From: a virus
Taxonomy: Duplodnaviria; Caudoviricetes
Virus record (IMG/VR): IMGVR_UViG_3300027806_000094
Coordinates: 1-35,439 of that record
Reading direction: 5' to 3' (one strand)
DNA: 35,439 nucleotides
How positions within the stretch are numbered: the stretch's first letter is position 1; each line of letters begins with the position of its first letter. Shown piece by piece: positions 8,201 to 14,130 of this stretch. The notes beneath the pieces were generated by a model. It saw only the letters and a program-made list of their open reading frames with translations, made no database searches and was not told the origin of the DNA. The translations under genes and the position numbers were made by a program.

Positions 8201-10535
8201 GGACTCTGTTCGTTCAGAGTGGGTGTCGAATTACATCAACGACTACCTCGACGAGCGAGTCGCAGAAGCAAAGGGCGAAAGTGTAGGCTGGGGCTCAATG
8301 GAGCCGAACACTTGGCATTCATCTGACGATGGCTCGAAGCTCAAGCTTGTCACTCGCAGTGGAAATGAATTCCACTTAGAAGTAAATGACGAGCTGTACG
8401 CTGACCACGGGATTAGCGGCAAGGTCGAGAATATGATATTCACCGACAAAAAGGGAAGCATTGAAATCACCGGCCAAGGCCGAGGGGAGCAGTTCGAGGT
8501 GTTTCGCGGAGTGTCTTCTGCATTGCTTGCGAGAATGCAAAACGAAGACATCGATGCCATAGCATACACTGCAATCGAGCCGAACAGGCAAGAGCTTTAC
8601 GACAAGCTGACGCAAACGCTCGCTCAGGTCGACGGAAAGTATGTAGCAGTCGTTACTGGCGGAGGCAGCAACCGCTCCGCAAACTATATCGTTGCTAAGC
8701 GTGAGCACGCGGAAAAGCTTCGAGAGTACATCGACAACTACGACGAGTCTGGCGGGTCCGGTGCAAGCTGGCTCGTCAAGCAATACTTCAACGGCTTCGT
8801 GAAGTCGCACGGCAAGAAGTGGGCCCGGTGGTACGACTACGCCAAGGGCGGAGCTGGCTCTGGAAACTTCGGGCACTGCGGTGGAGACGGAGGCGAAGGA
8901 AATCCGGGTGGCTCGAAGCCTGCAGACGAGTGCGGGACGGGGAAAAAGAAACCAGCAACCAAAAAGCCGTCGGCAAAGAAAGAGACGGCACCTAAAAAAG
9001 GCGGGAAGCTTGTCGACTTAGAAAACCCCGGAACACTCGAGGTTCACCCGGACTCAAAAGAGTACGCTGGAACGAGCGGAATAAAAATCGACGCCAGCAA
9101 GAGCGACGGCAAAGAGTGGAATCACGCTCCTACGGCAGACATCAACAAGTGGAATAAGGAAAACGGTTTTACCCGAAAGGGTGTCGGTAAAGACATCGAC
9201 TTGGTTGATTATGCTAAAAAGCTAGATGAGGCCTACGGCGGGCCGGCACGTCCTTTCCTTGTGGAAGTGCCGAATCCATCAAAAGACAACCCAGACCGGA
9301 TGTCTACTGTAATAAGCAAGGAAAACGTAGAGCGTGCTGCGGTTGCTTTAGCCGACATGGTTGAGAAAGCCGACAAGCACAATCCAGAGTGGGCATTATG
9401 GTACTCGGAGATTAAGGGCATCCGCGACGAATTGTCTGAGGAGAAAGGCAAATTTAATTTCTCCCCGGCGTCCAGAGAACTGCTAAAGACCGACGGAGGG
9501 GCAAAGCTCTTTGTCGGCATTCTAGCGATGACGTCTCAGGAGGGTGCACCAGAGGACAACCTTGTATCAACGCAAAAGATTTACGACCACTACACCGAGC
9601 ACGGAGAACTTCCCGAGGGGAGAACGTGTCGTCAATTGATTGCAGGTAAGGCTGGAATTGCAATTGCAAAAAACATAGAGAAGTACAAAAAAGTCGCCGC
9701 ACACTTCGATGGTGATTTTGCCAAGACATACGACTTCCTGAATAAGCAAGTTCTCGCTAGGGACTTGCATGGCATAATGGCCGAGATGGGAATCGTAAAA
9801 GCAGACGCAAAAGACAAATTCAACCCCGGTGCGTTCGCTGACCAATACGTGCCGATTTCGTTTATCTTCGGTCCAAAGATTGGTGCGTTCCACGGAAATC
9901 TCGGAGAGTTGCCGGGAGTTCTTACTCAAGACCGATGGAACGTTAGAACGTGGGGCCGGCTTACCGGGCAGATTGGATTTACTGAAGAGCAAATCACAAA
10001 TACTTGGGTTGCTGTGACAGAAGCAAAGGACAAGCCAACTGCTGAGCACGTTAAAATTTCCGGCATGAGTGCCCGTGATATGATTTCCGCAGCCAAGCGA
10101 GTTGCTGCCGGGGATGACTTAACTGACAGTGAGTACGTAGGGCTGAATAAGCTTGCCCAAGCTCACGTTTCGTCTGGTAAGGAATCGAAAAACCCAATCA
10201 TCAAAAGAAACGACTTCACCACAAAGCTCAACACCGCGATGAAGAAAATTACGACCGTAGTCGACAGCCCGGGCGGTGCACTCGAAAGATTCGCAAACCA
10301 GCTCGCAGCCGAGACGGCCGTGGAAATTCTAGCCACCCGCGGGAACACGAAAACGGTGAGGGAGGTTCAGGCGTCGGCTTGGATGGTCGAGAAAAAGGCT
10401 TGGTACGACGCAGGAGTCGGCAATAAGCGAGGCGGCGAGAATAGCTATGCGATGGCACTTGAAAAACTGCGATTAAACGGAATCCGGGTAAAAACCAAAA
10501 AAGAACTCGAAGAAGAGGGAACCGGCGACGAATAG
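5205..10535 (+). CDS. portal protein fused to two tagged cargo modules (polyprotein)
   Basis: The N-terminal ~460 aa is an HK97-like portal (LKRPNP, GQSPI, IHGVP, GVLTKGELRKLRGREP). It is followed by a Pro/Met/Gly linker and modules starting at tag copies aa 540 and aa 1214. Confidence 0.85.
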   Translation: MPSASQIAAVMAEMDSRNKSSSPQTADNVKSMPAMNLTGLRSAMAGVLPGGWSSDHAAETEKYAGWHYIAINAVYKQVIQAGVEVYERRLVVPSLQKPQAAPPAPVMDGQQPVPQMPGGFTKGVNEQQESMVVMPHFDPVMKRLKRPNPAQTLSAFNGERAIQLCLTGRAITWNVRSKLTGKIIERYVIPTCLAQPRPPSRELPRGGWYVLPEGARYANEAGFYMTGSLEAAFGKTIPAEDVQVIKFPHPKYKDDGQSPISASALWTDTSEMVDKSRHNHLKNGPDPSVVIGLDGEVDETSIRRGEAIFNERYAGVDKHGKAMFVTPAKTITPLTTAPKDMAYGDGFTQLRDAQLAIHGVPLAAVGLTSPTGREGLYAPLLQFIELSVQPILKVLGDEDSALYSEDEGREVEICYTAKKFNDEDLIEKQIQTDITAGVLTKGELRKLRGREPFGDERDEEICGAAAAPAAMPGMVGPDGQPVGPDGMPMPQGTNPEDAAAMMTKPTKQPFGRAMQGGKPRLASQIAKAFAKELEKYGIVKGGPGSGNHGHCGGTPDDGEPGGSRPAEECGNTPAQPQAAPATQTPPAAQQAPPAAPQAQPAEAVQAQQKPGRFSAANPHAYGIDPRQRRILSEEAFQYVSERIGTDRESELGNGPTANDRERKFLEDRGWVPTGSSLQARYQDFFAEERNAAIAAYSGRGDAARARALATDNFYGISAEEAQAHLDTLGSGGEASYRTRTLITQAVGNYSAENEDGAKWLASTLAAQGLNETQIVQSINLMRASQGGNWARFEPGDAARIAVNALADPTASPPSPTPPAQSTESPAAAPKEKTSRVAPEPVDGTQYKENKLTKDIKERAAKVSFADGGVPVDEDKIREDLELEAEGEFPDYEHAPEIASSVTENMRESLNSYSDLPRDIRTEIDSFLETFGDEFTESISAERSVERFWENNESDFEDAIKAEAGDDEEKLSELTARAEEVFDDLKLEARNAAEKYESAMDSVRSEWVSNYINDYLDERVAEAKGESVGWGSMEPNTWHSSDDGSKLKLVTRSGNEFHLEVNDELYADHGISGKVENMIFTDKKGSIEITGQGRGEQFEVFRGVSSALLARMQNEDIDAIAYTAIEPNRQELYDKLTQTLAQVDGKYVAVVTGGGSNRSANYIVAKREHAEKLREYIDNYDESGGSGASWLVKQYFNGFVKSHGKKWARWYDYAKGGAGSGNFGHCGGDGGEGNPGGSKPADECGTGKKKPATKKPSAKKETAPKKGGKLVDLENPGTLEVHPDSKEYAGTSGIKIDASKSDGKEWNHAPTADINKWNKENGFTRKGVGKDIDLVDYAKKLDEAYGGPARPFLVEVPNPSKDNPDRMSTVISKENVERAAVALADMVEKADKHNPEWALWYSEIKGIRDELSEEKGKFNFSPASRELLKTDGGAKLFVGILAMTSQEGAPEDNLVSTQKIYDHYTEHGELPEGRTCRQLIAGKAGIAIAKNIEKYKKVAAHFDGDFAKTYDFLNKQVLARDLHGIMAEMGIVKADAKDKFNPGAFADQYVPISFIFGPKIGAFHGNLGELPGVLTQDRWNVRTWGRLTGQIGFTEEQITNTWVAVTEAKDKPTAEHVKISGMSARDMISAAKRVAAGDDLTDSEYVGLNKLAQAHVSSGKESKNPIIKRNDFTTKLNTAMKKITTVVDSPGGALERFANQLAAETAVEILATRGNTKTVREVQASAWMVEKKAWYDAGVGNKRGGENSYAMALEKLRLNGIRVKTKKELEEEGTGDE
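6822..6914 (+). repeat. 31-codon tag, copy 1
   Basis: KGGPGSGNHGHCGGTPDDGEPGGSRPAEECG. Confidence 0.95.
8844..8936 (+). repeat. 31-codon tag, copy 2
   Basis: KGGAGSGNFGHCGGDGGEGNPGGSKPADECG. Confidence 0.95.
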
Positions 10536-10539
10536 CCTG

Positions 10540-10567
10540 TAGACTTAACCTGTTTGCGGCGTACAGT
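10540..10567 (+). promoter_or_regulatory. possible sigma70-like internal promoter
   Basis: TAGACT-16 nt-TACAGT in the 53-nt gap, followed by a GAGGAG RBS. Confidence 0.25.
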
Positions 10568-10588
10568 TGCAGGATGAGGAGCTAAAAT

Positions 10589-12343
10589 ATGAGCGAAGAA
10601 CGAAACGAATCACCCAGCATTGAAGTGGCTCTCTGGACGATGAGCGACAGCCAATTTGACGGGTTGCTGGATAAGCTTGTGCAGATGTACAAGTCTGACT
10701 CCAAGACCGAACCAAAGCTAAAAAGCGTTCCCCCCCGGGCGTTTCGCCCCAGCGGTAGGTTTGTAAAGGCCACTCCTGACGAGCCGAAATCCGACTGCGG
10801 GGCCAACGCTCAAGGTGGCGGCGGTTTCCAGCCCGGCAATACCTGTGCGACCGGGGAAGCTGTTGCGGCGACTGCCGGCGGCTCTTCCGCGGCTCAGGGC
10901 GATAAGCCTGACGGCAAGAACGCTTGGCACACCGAGACGAACCCGATTGAGACGCTGCGAAATACCGGCGGCTTCACGTATCACCCGAAGACCGGCAAGA
11001 CCCCGACCGAAGGCTTTGCCGTGTCAATCTTTCCCGAGCAAGAGCGGGTGGTTGACATGGATAAGGTTAGCATGGAGACGGTTGAGAAGTATCGCGACTC
11101 AACCAAAGATGCTTGGGCGAATGATGACAGCGTGTACGTTGGCGGATGGCATAACGCCCAAGGCGACGGCAAGGTCTATCTAGATGCAACAAAAGTATTC
11201 GACTCTAAAGCGGAGGCAATCGCAGCTGGAAAAGAAAAGGGCCAGCTCGCGGGATACGACATCAAGACTGGCGAAGTCTTTGAAATCCAGACCGCTGAAG
11301 AGCGTGATGCTTGGATGAAGCGTCAGGTGGAAATGGCAACAAACGGCATCCGTCAGGAGAAAGCTGTACCTTCGCCAACCGGAGCTGGAGAGTACAATCC
11401 GTTCGTAGAGCAAGACGGAGACGGAAACGGCGTTACAGACGCGGCTCGTGTTGGCGTGCCGGCGATGGCTGTTCCTCCTCCTCCGGAAGTTCCGCGGCTC
11501 CCGAACCTCAACCAAGAGGAGCGGCACGTTGAAGAGCGGTTCGCCCGGACCTTCGAAAGCTTTCCTGATGAAATGGCGAACGCTTACGCGGAAATGGTCA
11601 AGAACTCGGATAAGCCAAACACGTTCGAGACTGACGCAGCGAAAAAACTCAGCTCAGCTTGGAACGATTCGGACCTCGACAAGCGTGCAGAGAAGCGAGC
11701 CCGCTATAATCTGTCGCTTCACCAAACAGCCAACGCGATTGCGAAGCGGGCGTTTGAGAAGCACGTCGCGTCATTGCCTGCCGGAAGCGACATTCTCGTT
11801 ACTGTTGGCGGTTGCGGGGCCGGCAAAGGCTACGCTCAGAAAAACGTCCCCGAAGTTGCACCGCTCGCCGGGGCAGCTGGAGCTGTCTGGGATTCAGCTG
11901 GAGACCAGAACGCAACTGAGAACCCGTGGATTCAAAGCCTTGCTGAAAAGCACGGGCACAAGGTCACGTACGTTTTCGTTCACGCCGACCCGTACGTTTC
12001 TTGGGCCGACCCGGAACGCGGGGTGGTGAAGCGTGCAAACGACCCTTCGGACGGCCGGATGGTCGACGCTTCTGTTTTTGCTGATTCTTATGGAATTGGC
12101 GGAAAGAATCATTACAATTTTTACAACCAAAACAAGAATAACCCTGCAGCAAAGTTCGTGTTTATTGATTCGACGAAAGGCAAGCCGAAGCTTGTTAGTG
12201 AGTTTCCGAAAGAGGCGATTCAAGTGGACCGAAAGCAGTTGCGAGATTTTGCCGCTGCAACTGTTGCGAACAGGCAAAGCGTTGCACCACGGGTAAAGCG
12301 TGGGGCGTTGGTTGGAACACGAATTTGGGGAGGTAACAAGTAA
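10589..12343 (+). CDS. two-module cargo protein with a C-terminal zeta-toxin-like P-loop kinase
   Basis: LVTVGGCGAGKG P-loop, AVWDS, VTYVFVHAD and KRAxxxxxGRMV motifs. N-terminal Cys-pair motif and an unknown GGFT...GGW...KVYLD domain. Confidence 0.7.
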   Translation: MSEERNESPSIEVALWTMSDSQFDGLLDKLVQMYKSDSKTEPKLKSVPPRAFRPSGRFVKATPDEPKSDCGANAQGGGGFQPGNTCATGEAVAATAGGSSAAQGDKPDGKNAWHTETNPIETLRNTGGFTYHPKTGKTPTEGFAVSIFPEQERVVDMDKVSMETVEKYRDSTKDAWANDDSVYVGGWHNAQGDGKVYLDATKVFDSKAEAIAAGKEKGQLAGYDIKTGEVFEIQTAEERDAWMKRQVEMATNGIRQEKAVPSPTGAGEYNPFVEQDGDGNGVTDAARVGVPAMAVPPPPEVPRLPNLNQEERHVEERFARTFESFPDEMANAYAEMVKNSDKPNTFETDAAKKLSSAWNDSDLDKRAEKRARYNLSLHQTANAIAKRAFEKHVASLPAGSDILVTVGGCGAGKGYAQKNVPEVAPLAGAAGAVWDSAGDQNATENPWIQSLAEKHGHKVTYVFVHADPYVSWADPERGVVKRANDPSDGRMVDASVFADSYGIGGKNHYNFYNQNKNNPAAKFVFIDSTKGKPKLVSEFPKEAIQVDRKQLRDFAAATVANRQSVAPRVKRGALVGTRIWGGNK

Positions 12344-12546
12344 TGGCGAAAGAAAAAGACCCGCTTGTCGATGAGGCTTATGAGGCGTTTCGAGCTGAGG
12401 AGCAAAAGTACCAAGACGGACTGGACAAGCTCGCACGAGAAAGCGGATTTTTCGTTGACTGCGACGAAGAGATTTTTCCTTTGAACGACGACGGCTCAGC
12501 GAAGAAAGACAAGGGCGAGAAGAGTGACGACCTTAAAATCTTCTAG
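12343..12546 (+). CDS. small acidic protein, candidate antitoxin/immunity protein
   Basis: 67 aa, TAATG coupling to the zeta-like gene, GGAGG RBS. Confidence 0.55.
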   Translation: MAKEKDPLVDEAYEAFRAEEQKYQDGLDKLARESGFFVDCDEEIFPLNDDGSAKKDKGEKSDDLKIF

Positions 12547-14128
12547 TCATTGGCTGGGCTTAATCAAGGGTGGGCCGGGTTCCGGCAACCACGGGCATTG
12601 CGGCGGTCAAGGAGGACCCGGCAATCCCGGCGGCTCGTCGTCGGCGGGCGAGTGCGGCACGTCAACCGCAAAGCCAGATAACGCAACCGCTCTTAGCGAC
12701 GAGTTCTTTGATTGGCTCGAGGACTACTTGGCAGGCCGCTCGGAAGTTGACTTGAGTCAGTGGTGGAGGCACCGCGGCGACAAGGAATACGAATTGCGTG
12801 CCATTGGCACGAATGCTATTGCGAGTAACGTTTCGAGGATGTCGACAGCGGCAACAGACAAGCTTACTCGAGAGTTTGATTTAGGATTGTCGTTCTGGGG
12901 TAGGCACAAGCAAGGAATCAGCAACGGCCTCGAGAGCTACTACCAGAACGCTTTCGAGCTGGTGAGCAGCGGAATTGCTGAGGACTATAAAGACAAAAGC
13001 TTGGGCGATGTTTTTCTCGACACGGTAGAGCGCAGCATAGCCGACGGGCACTGGGCTCGCTTTGGAATCTCAAAAGAGAACGAAATCAATCTAATTTTGG
13101 CTCTTTCGGAACGAGCAGCTCAGTCAATCGATTTTAGAGAACTTGAGGCCCGCGACTTTTGGGCTAAAAGCCAAGGCAAGATTGACTTGAATGATATTCG
13201 TCACGGCGGAAGGGCTGCTGCTTCTAAGGATATTCAAGGCTTGCAGCCTGTAATGGAATCATTGATGGAAGCTCGGGCTCGTCATTTAATGGGCACGGAA
13301 GCTAACTTCGATGACGCAAAGGAAAACTTTCGAGCTTATTGGAGGAGCTGGCTTAATGACTCTCAAAGTCCACTTGGTCACTGGATGGCACACGTCGCCT
13401 CGAAAGAGCTTGGTGCACCATCGATAATGCGTGGACGTGAGTACGACGTATCAATCGATGGAAATTATTCTGGAGTCAAGGATTTTCTAAACAGAAATCA
13501 AGGCGGCGTACGCATCGACGATATTGCAGACACCAACTACAAAACAGACGCAGCGATGGTTAAGGCAACTTGGGAGGTAGCTCAATTAGCACTTCGAGAT
13601 GAGCCAGAAAGCATGGTACTGTTTCGAGGTATCAAGCCGAGAGAGGACAGTGAAGTCGACTTCACAGTGAAAGAGGATGAGAATCTAATGTTCAAGACAG
13701 ACATTACTATCGAATCGTCTGCACTTCAAAGCTCTTCAACGAAATTCAGTGCTGCTTCTCAGTTTGGGAAAATTGACCGCGACCATCCTTTATCGGAAGA
13801 GATTCGAAGTTTAATTGACAGCCGAGACGATTACGGCAAAAAAATGGACTTCACTGAGCCGACGATGGTTATCGGTGCTGACATCCCGAAATCAAGAATT
13901 TTTTCGGTTCCGTCATACGGTGCAAACGACGCGGGAGAGGAGGAGTATGTAATTATGGGCGGAGACTGGGACAAGAATGCTAAAGTGTACTTGATTGGTC
14001 TTGGAAATGGCGACCGTCTTAGCGAGCAAGATGCAGAGAAGTTTATTAAGTGGAACGCAACGCAAGACAGGAAAAAGCGAGCTGAAGTCGACAAGTGGGC
14101 AGTAAGCACCAGAAAAGGCGGGAAGTAG
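12524..14128 (+). CDS. tagged cargo protein with a C-terminal R-S-E ADP-ribosyltransferase (DraT-like)
   Basis: Tag at aa 15. LFRG, QSSST and IPKSRI...GEEEYVIMGG motifs. Confidence 0.75.
   Translation: MTTLKSSSHWLGLIKGGPGSGNHGHCGGQGGPGNPGGSSSAGECGTSTAKPDNATALSDEFFDWLEDYLAGRSEVDLSQWWRHRGDKEYELRAIGTNAIASNVSRMSTAATDKLTREFDLGLSFWGRHKQGISNGLESYYQNAFELVSSGIAEDYKDKSLGDVFLDTVERSIADGHWARFGISKENEINLILALSERAAQSIDFRELEARDFWAKSQGKIDLNDIRHGGRAAASKDIQGLQPVMESLMEARARHLMGTEANFDDAKENFRAYWRSWLNDSQSPLGHWMAHVASKELGAPSIMRGREYDVSIDGNYSGVKDFLNRNQGGVRIDDIADTNYKTDAAMVKATWEVAQLALRDEPESMVLFRGIKPREDSEVDFTVKEDENLMFKTDITIESSALQSSSTKFSAASQFGKIDRDHPLSEEIRSLIDSRDDYGKKMDFTEPTMVIGADIPKSRIFSVPSYGANDAGEEEYVIMGGDWDKNAKVYLIGLGNGDRLSEQDAEKFIKWNATQDRKKRAEVDKWAVSTRKGGK
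12566..12658 (+). repeat. 31-codon tag, copy 3
   Basis: KGGPGSGNHGHCGGQGGPGNPGGSSSAGECG. Confidence 0.95.
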
Positions 14129-14130
14129 AA

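Noticed and set aside
5205-10535. Intein as the explanation for the oversized portal
   Set aside because: No intein N-terminal block, His-Asn-Cys/Ser/Thr junction or LAGLIDADG motif was seen, and the extra sequence is C-terminal rather than inserted.
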